NCBI RefSeq assembly: GCF_001194135.2 | Contig: NC_068990.1 | Span: 24,742,389-24,806,388 of the forward strand | Direction: 5' to 3' | Length of the DNA stretch: 64,000 nucleotides | Source of the DNA: Octopus bimaculoides | Taxonomy: Eukaryota | In this document: piece by piece, positions 37,087 to 50,634 of the stretch | How the letters are laid out: each line of letters opens with the position of its first letter | How positions within the stretch are numbered: position 1 is the stretch's first letter | The notes under the pieces: model-generated | The model's input: only the letters and a program-made list of their open reading frames with translations | Told to the model about the DNA's origin: nothing | Databases searched by the model: none | Position numbers and translations under genes: made by a program

Positions 37087-37087
37087 C
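36611..37087. repeat. Compound (GGT)n/(AGT)n trinucleotide tract with recurring AAT-GGT junctions
   Basis: Read directly. Confidence 0.95.
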
Positions 37088-37219
37088 AGTAGAATGTTAC
37101 GAAGACGATCTAAAGGCCAAGAATTTCATGCCAGGCACTAAAAAGCGCTCAGCATTTTGAATCACTTTTGTAACTTTCTGGTGATTAAAAGTGAAATAAT
37201 ATCAGCGTGGATGTGTGCA

Positions 37220-37365
<146 letters not shown>

Positions 37366-37482
37366 AGAAGGGAATAGGAATTACAGAATCTACTTTACTA
37401 TCTTACAACCCCTAAGGTAAGAAGTAGTGCACTCAGATGTCACACACACAAACACACACACTACACCTATAGACAGACAGAC

Positions 37483-37543
<61 letters not shown>

Positions 37544-37931
37544 CACACTTATACTCACACACACACATTCTTTAAAAAATGAATTAGAATGACTTTTCTC
37601 GTAGTTACTTTCCCACTTTAATGGTTAGATATTTACAAACTGTATCATGACTCTGCTTTACTTCCAGTGGCGTGTGTTTGTGTGTGCATGCGTGAATAAA
37701 AAGGGTCTCTGATTCGGGACTTAGTTCCTTGCTTAAAAGCTATTTTGAAACTTTCAAAATTTCTTTTAAGCAAGAAACTAAGTCACATAATAACGGAGTC
37801 ACGATACGATTTGTAAACATCTAACTAATAAAATGGGAAAGAAATTTCAGAAGATACATTTTCATTCATTTTTTTCAGATATATAGCACCAAGAACCTCC
37901 TAGTTCTACTACGACTATAAATATGTGTAGA

Positions 37932-38038
37932 AAGAAGAAGAAGAAGAAGAAGAAGAAGAAGAAGAAGAAGAAGAAGAAGAAGAAGAAGAAGAAGAAGAAG
38001 AAGAAGAAGAAGAAGAAGAAGAAGAAGAAGAAGAAGAA
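37932..38038. repeat. (AAG)n microsatellite
   Basis: Read directly. Confidence 0.95.
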
Positions 38039-38349
38039 TGCAGGAGTGGTATGACAGTAGTAGGATGTTGGTGGAATCCTCTTAAATGATCAAGTGACCT
38101 AAAAGTGACCCGTTGTGGTTGTAGTAGTAGTGATTGGAATTGCTCTGAATAAATTCATGGGTAGTGACTGTTATGAATATAACCTTTTTTAATATTTGTG
38201 TGGGTATTATTCTAAGGCCCTTTGTGATATATATATACCTGGTCTTTCCTCTTAATTTTGTATGTAATATAATTTAAATCTTCGGATTTTTTTAAATATG
38301 CTAGACCACTGGTTTTAATTAATTAATATCAATTTCTACCCTTATTATC

Positions 38350-38436
<87 letters not shown>

Positions 38437-39036
38437 TTTTCCTATTCGTTCGCCTAAACTTACACATATGAGTACAAATATCTGACACAGTCTACATTCC
38501 CATAAGACTTTATTCCCTTTAATAGATGTCGGTTATATTTCATACGAATATTTAGGACATGCATGTATGCATGTATAAGGGACAAAATGGTTCCGTGTTT
38601 AAAGTCACAGTATGAAAATTAGAGATATTATTATTCCAGGGTACTAGATTCTTTGTATATACTTTTAAATTATGTAAATTTATGGATCTTAAAGGCAAAT
38701 TATTTATAACATTAATGTGTATTATCCAGAGTAAATATTGTCTTTCGTTGGTTTAACAATGTATCTGTGATTTAAGGACACATTTCATGCTTCCTTGCAT
38801 TGCAGAAAGGTAATATTTAATATTTAATATAATACATTTATTAGTTACTGATATCAAAATCAAAATCTTATCTACACTGTATACAAAGTGTATTTACAGT
38901 GTCTAAAAGTTTTATCTAATGCATGAAATCAACGTCTTATAGGTAACAATAAACCATTTACTTTTTCCGATAACTCTCTCTTTCTCTGTCTTTAGCTCTC
39001 TCTCTCACTCACTCACACACACACACTCTCTCTCTA

Positions 39037-39077
<41 letters not shown>

Positions 39078-39105
39078 NNNNNNNNNNNNNNNNNNNNNNN
39101 NNCTC

Positions 39106-39154
<49 letters not shown>

Positions 39155-40404
39155 TTATCTATCTATCTATCTCAGATGCAAGTATCTGCAATTATTTTTT
39201 GTGTGTTTCTGTTTTTCTCTTCTTTTTTTTAATATAAAGGCTTTTAGCAACATTTGTGACCCGAGAAAATAACGATTTATTGTTACAATGCAGTAAAATA
39301 CGTATGGATAAAGAATTGTCTTAAGTGAACCGCAGATAGTTAACTTTCAGCTCAGATCTCTGATGAAATTCGATTTCTCAGTCGATCGAATGCAATTTTT
39401 CTTAAAAACTAGATTTTCTGAGTTTTATTTTCCATTTTATCTTTTCTTTATTTATTTTTCATCATCAGGAGAATATAACAATTTAAGATCACTCGTAGAC
39501 AGTCAAATGTTAAAAAAAAAAGAAAAAAGAAAAAAAACAAGGAGAAAGAAAGAAATAGACTGCAGATATGTCAATACAAATATATGTATAGCAAGAAAAC
39601 GTGTCGGTGCGTAAGCGAAACAGATGAGTATAAAGAATAACGTGTATAGATAGGAAAAAAAATAATAAATAACAGAAAATTAAATGAATGCAACAGAAAA
39701 AAAAATATAGCTTATAAAACAGAATGTAAAGAAGATGCGTAAAAGCAAGCAAGCTAACTGAATCGAACGTAAAAGGCACATATGTTTAACAGAAAATATA
39801 TCAGACTATAACAAGCTCTTGAAGATAAATGATTGAAACTATTTCTTTATCTTCTGATTTATTTACTTTTCCTTTTTCGTTGATTACATTCGGTTTTCTA
39901 TCAATTACAAGATGGCAGTTGAATAAAATATGTGTATTTTACCATTGGTTGAGTAAAATATAGCTCGTCTTAACTAATCTTTACAAGATTTCATTTTTAT
40001 TCTTCTAAATTATATCAGCTGACACAGATGCTAGAAGATTGAATTTGTAAACGTTCTGATAACACCATGTTTCTGTCATCAAAAAGCCCGGTTTCCTTGC
40101 TGCTTAAGTTCGCTTAACATTAAAATCAATTGCCTCTTAGATCTTTTGATGATCGATACAGAGCGAGTACGTTCGTTCTCCAATCTCAACTGTTTCCATT
40201 CTCTCATAGAAACCTATTTCTATAATTAAATGAACATTGTACTACAATACATTTCTGGTGCAGTTATTCGTCTTTATACACTCAATCGGTGATCTCGGAT
40301 TTCAGTTTCCTAAGTTAACAAGACACGTTTGAAAATATTGTGACGAAAATGCTTATATTACTTATTACCCCAATCTTAACTCTAATAAGGAGTTATGAGC
40401 CCTA

Positions 40405-40655
40405 GAACTCATAAAACCAGAGTTAACCCGGTTTTTGTGGCGTTTAAGTCACTGAGAGTAAACACTTCTCCAGGAACAGGGTGCCCGTCGGTTGCGGGGT
40501 TAACCTCACAGCTAATGCTGTAACTGATTTATAGCTGAGAGAACTGGAGGAATGTGAAATTAAGTGCATTACTCAAGAACACTACGCACCGCCCGACCCG
40601 GATAACAAACATACGATTTTACAGTCGTAAGTGCAGCCCCCTAACCATTAGGCCA
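40405..40655 (-). mobile_element. SINE family D (C-like head, V-domain-like tail), degenerate
   Basis: Minus strand head TGGCCTAATGGTTAGGGG.., central CTTGAGTAATGCACTTAATTTCACATTCCTCCAG, tail AACCCCGCAACCGACGGGCACCCTGTTCC..ATGAGTTCTAGGGCTC. Colinear with 56680-56915. Confidence 0.6.
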
Positions 40656-41393
40656 AATAAGGGACTATCCTCGATCTTAAGATGAGAGTTCGCCATTGTC
40701 TGTATGATTATCTAGATCTCAATACCATATTCAAGAATAACGGGTTCTTTCGTTTCCTAAATTGTCTAGAATAGATTGCTGCCAAGCTCCCTAAGCACCG
40801 CTCTCTATAATAGATTTTCACTTAAATTCCTAAAGCTACTATCTCAAGACAGTAATTGTAAATCTATAACTTAGGACTCTGACCGACGCCTTCGCTTTAC
40901 CCAGACGCTTACCGTAATCCGGCAAATGTTTACTTTTAAATCTACCTTATATTATACCCTGAAAAAAGGCCATTGTATAACCATTTTACACAGTTTATAG
41001 AGATAAAATTACTACATTGATTGATAAAATAAATACAATGCTTGTACAAAAGTTGATTCAATCGACACTGCTTTTCTTACGAATTGGTGGTGATATGTAA
41101 ATCTAATAAATCATTCTTATACGAGTATTTTATAAACAAGTTGGAAGTTTACCTATAAAGATTTATGGGATAAAATGTTTTTTTTTTTTTTGCTTGGTGG
41201 ATTAACATTATTTCGCTACGTTGCTTAAAGTCAGAGTTCAATTTTACGCTTTATCCTTTTGAGAGAGATAAATACACCAGTCAAATACAACTGTTGATTT
41301 AATCGATTAAGCTATCATTAAAAATAAACCAAACGTTCATACAGAGCGACGAATCCAGTCAGTAAATTATACATCATTATATTTTGCCTCTGA

Positions 41394-41610
41394 AGGCGGC
41401 GAGTTGAAAGAATCGTTAGCATACCAGGCAAAATGCTTAGTGGCATTTCGTCCGGCTCTACGTTCAGAGTTCAAATTCCGCCGAGGTTGACTTTGCTTTT
41501 CATCCTTTCGGAGTCAATAAAATAAGTACCAATTGAGTATTACGGTCGATGTAATCGACTTACTCCGCCTGAAAACTTACTGGCCTTGTGACAAAATTTG
41601 AAACCATTAT
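41394..41610 (+). mobile_element. SINE family B, near full length
   Basis: AAGGCGGCGAGTTGAAAGAATCGTTAGC..GAGTTCAAATTCCGCCGAGG..GGCCTTGTGACAAAATTTGAAACC. Confidence 0.85.
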
Positions 41611-42084
41611 ATTCTGTCTTTTGTGTACTTCCTCTGATGGTCTTAGCTCAAATTTCAACTTTGCTTTCATTCTTAAATCACCGATCAATTCGACTGCTTT
41701 CATTCTTCACCGACCGATCAACACGACTACTCTTTCTTCAAAAATGTCTGTGACCTTGTATCTGGATAAGAAACTATTATTTCATCCTTAGTAAGTTTGG
41801 TATACGGCAGAATCTTTAGAATGTTAGAAAAATTCCTTGATATATTTTTCCAATTCTCTACGTTCTAAATTAAAATCTCACCGAAGCAATGTTTGCCTTT
41901 AATCCATCCGAGATCCACTAAATGAATTACCTAGTGAAGCGATTTAATCGACTAATGCCTCCCTCAAAATATAATCGTGACCTTTGTCGCCGTGATAAAA
42001 ATTATTATTTTATGTTCCATTCACTTTACTTTCTTTTCTTAGTCAAATCCCACCGAAATAGACTTTGCCTGTCATACTTCCGGG

Positions 42085-42485
42085 ACACTAAAATGGTTTT
42101 CAATTTTGGCACAGGGTCAGCAGCTTTTAAGGGAGCTGGAGGTCGATTACATCGACCCCAGTACTTGACTGATACTTATTTTATAGACCCTCAAAGGGTG
42201 GAAAGCAAAGTCAACCTCAGAGAAATTTTAACTCAGAACGTTAACACCGGACGAAATGCTGATGAACATTTTGACCAGCGTGCTAATGGTTCTTTTCTGC
42301 TCTCAGCACAAGGTCTGAAATTTTGGGGGAGGGGTTCAGTCGATTAGATCGACTCCAGCACGCAACTGGTACTTAATTTATAGACCCCGAAAGGATGAAA
42401 AGGCAAACTCAGAACGTAAAGGCAGACGAAATACCGCTAAACATTTCGCCCTACGTGCTAACGTTTCTGCCAGTTCGCCGCCTAA
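42085..42485 (-). mobile_element. Two tandem SINE family B copies
   Basis: Units at about 42085 and 42300. The second ends CTGCCAGTTCGCCGCC. Confidence 0.85.
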
Positions 42486-43834
42486 TAAGTAACTCATATC
42501 GCAACACCTTTCTCCTCGCAGGTCTGTCGTAGGATCGACGTCCAAGCAATAGTTGTAAAATCAAACCCACGACGAATGAAGTGGAGCAACGTGAAACGAA
42601 GTGTTTTGCTCAAGAACACAAGACACCACCCTGTCCGGAAATCGAAACAACAACGTTACAATCGCTTTCACCAAATTGTCTCGTTTACTTGGTTGTACAA
42701 AAGGTAATGTGAGACAAGAGGAACACGCTGCTGTGAAATGAGTATTCGTTGGCCCAACGTTACGAAAACCGGTGATAATTAAAAAAAAACATGCATCAAT
42801 GATATACGTGAAATGAGCTGTCTCTTTACTAACGCTATACAACAAATATGGCAGTTGCGATTCTTCATTTCCGTTTCTCATAAATCTTAACAATATATGC
42901 TTAATTAAGTAACAACCATGTACTGATATTCTCAGATAATTTTCAATTCCCTTGCTTGGTGTTAATGTAAGTTAATTCTTATTTGAGAGAATAGAAATTA
43001 GCAATATTTTGAATACGATAATAGTTTAAGAAAATTATTGACTTGTATTAGGGAACTAAATATTATTACACACGAAGCCACAACTTCTGCTTAATCTTCT
43101 TAAATGCTTTAATTGAGCTTTAAGATTGAATATAATTATACATACACACACACATATATACACACACACACACAACTAATAAAATCATCCTCGAAATAAG
43201 ATACAAATATTTATAACTCTAGAGTATTAGAGTAATAATTACATATATCATTGTCGGCAAAGTTTCCGGAACTAGTTTATAAATATGATACTAATGTTTA
43301 ATATACAATTTGAACTAGAAATTTCATTTTTGACAGTTTTATGACTTAATTGGAAGTTGAAAGGCAACAACCATGATCTTTTGAGTTTCCAAAATTATAG
43401 GAAAAAAGTGGAGCCCCCCCCCCACACACACACACACACAAGGAAACTATGACTCATGGGTTATTTTCAGGTACGTTCGAAAGCTTACAACAGAGTGGAT
43501 TTCGTTACCTTCCATAAAGGGTCAGGTGGTGAAACCCGACTGGGTGACGAATTAAGTCTGTTATTCAAGAACGGTACACGAAAACTATACTTCCGCATAG
43601 TTTTCGTTTATCCAATTTTACACGCAAGACTGTAGAATAACTAAAAACTGGTCAACTTGGTGCACAACAGGTTCGAACAGGAAGCCGAACTATTTCGAAG
43701 CGAATCTTTAACCTCACATCCATGTCAGTGACATTTATAACAAGGCAAGAAATCAGGCGAACTTATGAAAGAGATTAAAAACAGGTAAAATTATGATGTA
43801 TTACACTGACAAAAAGCTGATTCTTTTCAGCTAC

Positions 43835-44500
43835 ATACTGGTTTAAAATTTTGACACAGGGCCAAGAACTTTAGGGGTGGGATTATAAGTCGATTACTTC
43901 GAGTGCAGTGTTCAACTGGTGCTCATTTTATCGATCCTGAAAGATGAAAGGCAAACTCGACTTTGGTGTCATTTAAACTTAGAATGTAAGGACGGACGAA
44001 ATGCCGCTAAGCATTTAGTCCAGCGTTCTTTTCTAGGGACATAATTTTCATTTTATTTTTTTTATGAAGAGACGCTAAGTCGCAAAGTCGAAGACGATCT
44101 CAGCAGGATTTGACACAGAATAAAGGGACGTGGGTAAATGCGGCAGTATATTTAGTACAGAGATTAACCTTTTCTACTAACCAGCACTTCTGTATCACAA
44201 GACCACTCATTTGGGACTATCAAATTTATGGGATCAATGGGATCAAATTTATAGTATTGTTACTGTTTCACCCTAATTCAGTCTTAATTAAACAGACCTA
44301 TGATTGGTTTGAAATTTTAGCACAAGGCTAGTAATTTAAGTCGATTTCATCGACCTCGGTACCCATTTTATCTTATTTTACCGAAGAACCCGAAAGACAA
44401 AGTCAACCTTGGCGAAATTTGAAATCAGAAACGTAATGACGGGTGAAATGCCGCCAAGCATTTCGCTCGGCGTGCTAACGATTCTGCCAGTTCTCTGCCT
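43835..44500 (-). mobile_element. Two separate SINE family B copies (~43835-44030 and ~44310-44500)
   Basis: Same B motifs in reverse complement. Confidence 0.75.
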
Positions 44501-45519
44501 AAAGCTGACCTAAGATTAGATGTATTCTCTCTAATGTTCATCCTGTCTTTCATTCTCTCTCTCTCTCTCTCTCCATGTGTTTGTGTGTTTGCATGTTTTC
44601 ACGTATAATATATATTGGGCTTATTTGTTTAATGTATCCTTTCCTTCGACGGTAGGGGCTGGCTTGAAAGATACTTGCTTGTTTTTTTTTTCGTTGTATT
44701 CTCTTTCTTGGTAAAATTCCAGATAGTTTTGTTTCTAATAAAAATCATTTTCTTGAATAAAATATTACAACCTAAAAAATATTGAACTCTCGTCTATTTC
44801 TGTTTTACAGAGTACAATTAATTATTTTGCACCTTTCTTTATTTTCTGTTCATAAAACCTTGTAGATAAGAGTGATTTATTGCAGACAAGTAAAGAGAAA
44901 GGTGCGAGCGATTGAACCAACACTGGTATATGCATAATATTCATTTTATTGAGCTTTTATCACCCATGAAAGTACGAGAGGCGAAGTCCAGCTCAACGAT
45001 AAATGTTTATGGTCCATAAAGAACTGTTATTGTTGTTATTTACTGAGGTCGACCTAGCAGTGTAGCTAGACGTGAAGGGGGAAGTCTGCGTGGGTGACTC
45101 TCTCTTATGAGGTCGACACTTTGAGTTCCACTGTATAAGCTCATAGGCTGGGTTATCGGGTGGGTGGCGGGGATAAAACTCCAGGGTTGCCCCACGCAAC
45201 ATAACCTCTAGCTATGCCATTGGGTCAAATATAATTGAGCATACCAATGGCCATGAGCAATCCATTTGTAACCATTTCAGTTTTTATTAATATTATTTGA
45301 GACAATTTTGTACAGTCTGACCTTGTTTTTGTCATTGTTTTTTTTCCTTCAAACACAGTATGATATGATTTAGTGGGAGATTTCACTGTTATTTCTAGCA
45401 GGTCAAATTACTACTTAGAAGGTTCCACATCTCACATTCTAAAGAGTTATATTTACTCTAGTTATGTGTGTGTGCGCGCGTGTGTGTGTATACGTGTATG
45501 TGTATATACGTGTGTATGC

Positions 45520-45730
45520 GTTAGGCGGCGAGCTGACAACCATTAACACGAGGACAAAATGTTTCGCGGCATTTTTTCCGATTTTACATTCTGAGTTCAA
45601 ATTCTGCCGAGCTCGCTTTGCCTTTCACCCTTTTGGGATCGATAAAATAAGTACCAGTTGAGCACTGCGGAGGTCTATGTAATCGACTAGCCCACCCCTT
45701 CTTCACAAAAATTTCAGGCCTTGTACCTAT
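45520..45730 (+). mobile_element. SINE family B copy
   Basis: TTAGGCGGCGAGCTGAC..GAGTTCAAATTCTGCC..AAAATTTCAGGCCTTGTACC. Confidence 0.85.
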
Positions 45731-46479
45731 ATATATATATATATGTCTGTGTGTGTGTGTGTGTGTAATCCTGCGATGAAGACGAAGTGAAATTGAGAGT
45801 TTTTTTTTTTTATCAATTATCTTTTTTATATACACCCAGGCCTATTCCCCGCTTTTTTTTTTTTTTTTTAGGAGTGGGTAGCCACAACAAACACATACCA
45901 GGCATTCCATTCATTTCCCTGCTAAAAAAAAAAAACAAGACTGTTATCAAATATATAATAGAATATTTCTTTCTGAATTTTAATTCAGTTTCCACCAGTT
46001 GCAGAATTTTCAGCCTATTTATTCTTATTTATATATATATTTACTTAATTATTCAAACAGAAATTGTTATTACCAAAACGAAAACTGGAAACTGCTGACT
46101 CTGACATACCTTATACGTGACTATTTCGTGCAGATGACAACAAATAAAATTTGGTAAACGACTGCTTGATGCAGTTGATTTACATAAAATTAAATAAAAC
46201 CAGTTAAAGGTCAAACTATTAACACAATTGCTTGAAAAGTTCTATTTATTTTTTTTTCATTTTTGCAAGCATTTTATTTTTTCCTTGCTGCAGTGAACTT
46301 TTCCAAGTCAGATGTCATCATGCATTAAGATTGCTATCAACTCTTTTCTCGCTAAGTGTAACACACCATTGTTTAAATTCGGAAGTTACAAATTGTCTCA
46401 AGCTGGGTTTTCTTTTGTATATTGCGTAAGCTGTGATTGTGTGTGTGTTAATGGTATTGTTACTAGTGGCGTTAATAAT

Positions 46480-47460
46480 GGTTTCAAATTTTGGCTCAAG
46501 GTCAGCAAGTTTGTAGGGGTGGGTAAGTCGATTACGTCGACCCCCAGTACTCAACAGGCTGCTATTTTATCGACCCCGAAAGGATGAAAGGCAAAGTCGA
46601 TCTTAGTGCATTTGAACTCAGACCGTGAAGTCGAATGAAATGCTTAGCAGTATTTCGTCCGGTGTGCTAACAATTACGCCAGCTCACCATCTTGCTGGCG
46701 TTAATAATGATATTTTGATACGATCTGATGAGAGAAGGTATTAGCGCAGTGTAGCTCCTAATATCTAAAATATCTTCTTTTTCAATATGAATGTAGCATG
46801 ATTGCGTCGAGCTGGCAGAATCGTTAGAATGTCGGACAAAATGTTAAGCGGCATTTCTTCCGACTCTTTTCGTTTTGGGCTCAAATTCCGTGAAGGTTGT
46901 CTTTACTTTTTATCGTTCCGAGGTGGATAAAAAAAAAAAACTAGCCAAATTCCGGGTTGGGCGTAATTGACTTACCCCTCCCTTCTAAATTAGAATGAAA
47001 GATATGAATATGAGAGTGAAAGTGGTGAAGTGGGCGAATTGTTAGCGCGTCGGACAAAATCCTTAACGGTATTTCTTCCGGTCCTTTCCGTTCTGTGTTC
47101 AAATCCCACTGAGGTCAACGGTACATTTCATCCTTTTAAGGTCGATAAAATAAAATACCAGTCAAGTATTGTTATCGATTTAACCCTCCCTTCAAATTAC
47201 TGGCCTTGTGCCAAAATTAAAAAAGACAATGAGCATAGTTAATAAATAATTATTTCCAATGTCAAAACAAGAATAACAGTTTTGAAAGGTGGGGCGAGCT
47301 GATTACATCAACCCTAGTACTTGACGTCTTTATTTTATCAACTGTGAAATAATGAAAAGCAAAGTCAACCTCGGTGACATTTGAACTCAGAACATGAAGC
47401 TAATAGAAATCATACGAAGCATTCTGTCCGACGTGCTAACGCTTCTGCCAACTGACCACC
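46480..47460. mobile_element. Four SINE family B copies in mixed orientation (-,+,+,-)
   Basis: About 46480-46690 minus, 46805-46990 plus, 47030-47230 plus and 47265-47460 minus. Confidence 0.75.
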
Positions 47461-47479
47461 TTATAAAATGGTTAAAGGT

Positions 47480-47875
47480 CCTTCCCAGATTCTCTGGCGT
47501 ATACAATAATCCCTCGCCATATTGCGGTTCACCTATCATACACTCAGTGCATCACGGATTTTTCTGGCTAATCTATGTAAATTTATATCATAGACTCCTC
47601 AGTATATTAGGGTTTCTGCGGCCGATGGGTATTTATATTTTTTTAGATTCTAATTTTTTCTATGGGAGGTTCTGGAACGTAACACCTGCGATAGTCCGAT
47701 AGTCGAGGGATTACTGTATAGACCCCACTAGACGGAACGCCGGTTCGTCGCAGGGTTACTCATTCTTTGAAATGTTCTGCTCAACGACACAATGCAACGA
47801 CCGGTCCAGGAATCGAAACCACCACCTTACAATCACGAGTCCAACACCCCTGACGACTAAGCCACGTGCCTCAAC
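47480..47875 (-). mobile_element. SINE family D copy interrupted by the Tigger-like MITE
   Basis: CAGATTCTCTGGCGTA lies left of the MITE. GACGGAACGCCGGTTCGTCGCAGGGTTACTCATT..GGAATCGAAACC..CTAAGCCACGTGCC lies to its right. Confidence 0.55.
47504..47716. mobile_element. pogo/Tigger-like MITE (213 bp) with TA TSD
   Basis: TA|CAATAATCCCTCG ... CGAGGGATTACTG|TA: a 13-bp TIR with one mismatch and TA on both sides. The CAGTAATCCCTCG terminus resembles Tigger ends. Confidence 0.75.
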
Positions 47876-47899
47876 TCACTGCCTTATAGTTAATAAATA

Positions 47900-49935
47900 A
47901 GGGTTTCAAATTTGGGTACAAGGCCAGAAATTTTAAGGAAGGAGGTAAGTTGACCCCAGTGTTCAACTGGTACTTATTTTATCGACCCTGAAAGGGTGAA
48001 AGACAAAGTCAACCTCCGTGGAATTTGAACTCAAAACGTAAAGACTGACTAAATGCTGTTAAGCGTCTTAATGATTTTGCCAGCTCGACGCCCTACAATT
48101 CTATACATATTGGCACAAGGGCGGCAAGTTTGATGGAGCGAGAAAGCCGATTACATCGATCCCGGTACGTAACTGGTACTTATTTTATCGACCCGAAAGG
48201 ATAAAAGGTAAAGTCGGCCTCGACGGAATTTGAACTCGGAACGCAAAGACAGACGAAATACCGCTAAGCATTTTGCCCAGCATGTTAACGGTTCTGCCAG
48301 TTCGCTATTTTATAGTTAACAAATAATCTTGTCTTCGCTAGGTACAAGGCCCGAAATTTTGGGGGAGGGGCCAGTCGCTTAGATCGATCCCAGTATGCAG
48401 CTGTTACTTAATTTATTGACCCCGAAAGGATAAAAGGTAAAGTCGACCTCGGCGGAATTTGAACTCAGAACGAAAAGGCAGACGAAATATCACTAAGCAT
48501 TTCGCTCAGCGTGCTAACTTTTCTGTTAGCTCGCCGCCTTATAGTTAACAGATAATGATCGTATGTGTGTAAGTGTGTGCGTGAGATAGATATGAAGTAT
48601 TAAATTAATATATAAAGATGACCTTTCTATAAAATAACTTAGAGTAATTTGCACTTGACTTTTACTGAAGAAAATAGTTAACTGCTGAACTGGCCTACTT
48701 TGCACTGACCACACTGTCAAACGTGGAACCAATCATAGCATTAGAAACAGAAACTACATTTTCTTCCCAGCAAAAGTAATTTCTATACAATCATATAATA
48801 ATNNNNNNNNNNNNNNNNNNNNNNNNNNNNNNNNNNNNNNNNNNNNNNNNNNNNNNNNNNNNNNNNNNNNNNNNNNNNNNNNNNNNNNNNNNNNNNNNNN
48901 NNNNNNNNNNNNNNNNNNNNNNNNNNNNNNNNNNNNNNNNNNNNNNNNNNNNNNNNNNNNNNNNNNNNNNNNNNNNNNNNNNNNNNNNNNNNNNNNNNNN
49001 NNNNNNNNNNNNNNNNNNNNNNNNNNNNNNNNNNNNNNNNNNNNNNNNNNNNNNNNNNNNNNNNNNNNNNNNNNNNNNNNNNNNNNNNNNNNNNNNNNNN
49101 NNNNNNNNNNNNNNNNNNNNNNNNNNNNNNNNNNNNNNNNNNNNNNNNNNNNNNNNNNNNNNNNNNNNNNNNNNNNNNNNNNNNNNNNNNNNNNNNNNNN
49201 NNNNNNNNNNNNNNNNNNNNNNNNNNNNNNNNNNNNNNNNAACGTAAAGACAGACGAAATGCTGCTAAACAATTTGTCCTGCGTGCTAATGATTCTGCCA
49301 GCCCTCCGACTTAAGGACTGAACGAAATAATGATTTCAAATTTTGACACAAGGCCAGTAAGTTCAGGGAAATGAGTAAGTCGATTACATCAACAACACCC
49401 ACCTCCTAGTGCTCAACTAGTACTTATTTTATCGATCCCGAAAGGACTAAAGGCAAAGTCGACCTCGGTAGAATTTGAACTCGGAACGTAAAGACAGACG
49501 AAATACCGCTAAACATTTCGCTCGGCGTGCTAATGTTACTGTATTAATGACACAATTGTAAGCTTATAGCTCTGAGTTCAGAAACGTTCGATTGACAAAG
49601 TAAAACGACTGAGTACGTTATCATTAAATGCGAAAGATACATAGATTTCATTTAACTAGGGTTTTGTTTAGAGCTAGGACTCATATGGCCGGTTATAGGG
49701 TTCCCATGGTGTATAAGTGATAGAGATCATAATATTCCCATTGAAAGAGACAAAGATCTATTGCAGGGTTCAAAATCAACAATTTTTGAGGTGATGGGAC
49801 AATTCTATTACATCGACCCCAGTACTTGACTAGTATATTATTTTATCGACCCGAAAGGATGAAAAGCAAATTGACATCATCGAGATTTAAACTCAGAACG
49901 TAAAAAGCTAACGATTTTGTCAGTTCGCGCCTTAT
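47900..49935 (-). mobile_element. Same-orientation SINE family B cluster: three tandem copies (47900-48541), gap, three more pieces (49241-49935)
   Basis: Repeated B motifs at about 47900, 48105, 48328, 49241, 49330 and 49765. Confidence 0.85.
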
Positions 49936-50561
49936 TTGACTTGGCATAACGGTCTTATATTCTTATAGGAGGGTGGACATTTTCTTTCGTCTGACAATAA
50001 ACTATGAAATAAAACTTAATGGCTTAAACCGAGAATCGAAACTGAGTTGCAAACTTATCTTGCCACCAGCTTAACTCTTGCTCTGCAGTGATTGTTCAGA
50101 TAAATAAATGCATTAGTTTCTTTTGGCCAGTAACAAAATTTTTACTAGAAATGAAAATGTTAAATTGCATAGAACAGAAAAGAAATAGGAAAACTGCATT
50201 AAAGTTATATATGGCTGAGAGCTAACTGCTTGTTTTACAACCTGTGAGTGCGTATATCATGCTGGCGGCATCGAACACAAATATAATTAGTCGGTATTTA
50301 TCTTACTCCACGCTAACGAATATCCGATTTAACGTTTAGTTAGTAATTTACTGAGGAATTGCTAACAATTCGATTGTTAAGAAGAAGCTACTCTTCGCTA
50401 ATGAACCCAAATAGACGAAATACGTCTAGAATTATCTCCCGTATTTGGCGCTGGTAAAAATTCTTAATCATCAACGAACTTTTGTTTTTCATTTTTACTG
50501 CCTGCTTGAGAATAGTTTGGTTTTTTAATGTTTTTTTTTTCTTTTTAATCATTAAATATAC

Positions 50562-50634
50562 CTTCATCTACATAACCCAAATAATTAAATAGTTGACACA
50601 GCAAAAAGAGAAAGTGGAGTATTGTGATGTTCAT
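50562..50634 (-). CDS. Candidate signal-peptide-like first coding exon
   Basis: ATG-initiated MNITILHFLFLLCQLFNYLGYVDE followed by G|gtatat (phase-1 donor). There is a hydrophobic core but no other support. Confidence 0.2.

Noticed and set aside
40913-40958. 46-nt cassette with an excellent acceptor (ccttttttcag) and donor (ACG|gtaagc) on the minus strand
   Set aside because: All three frames contain stops, so it is not a coding exon. It also shows that strong splice-site pairs arise by chance here, which tempers the other exon calls.
41664-41738. 33-bp diverged tandem repeat (about 2.3 copies)
   Set aside because: It is short, degenerate and lies among SINE-B debris, with no coding or structural signal.
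43578-43607. Perfect 11-bp hairpin ACGAAAACTAT-ACTTCCGC-ATAGTTTTCGT
   Set aside because: The right arm is part of a decayed SINE-A. A single short hairpin with no other support is probably a local template-switch event.
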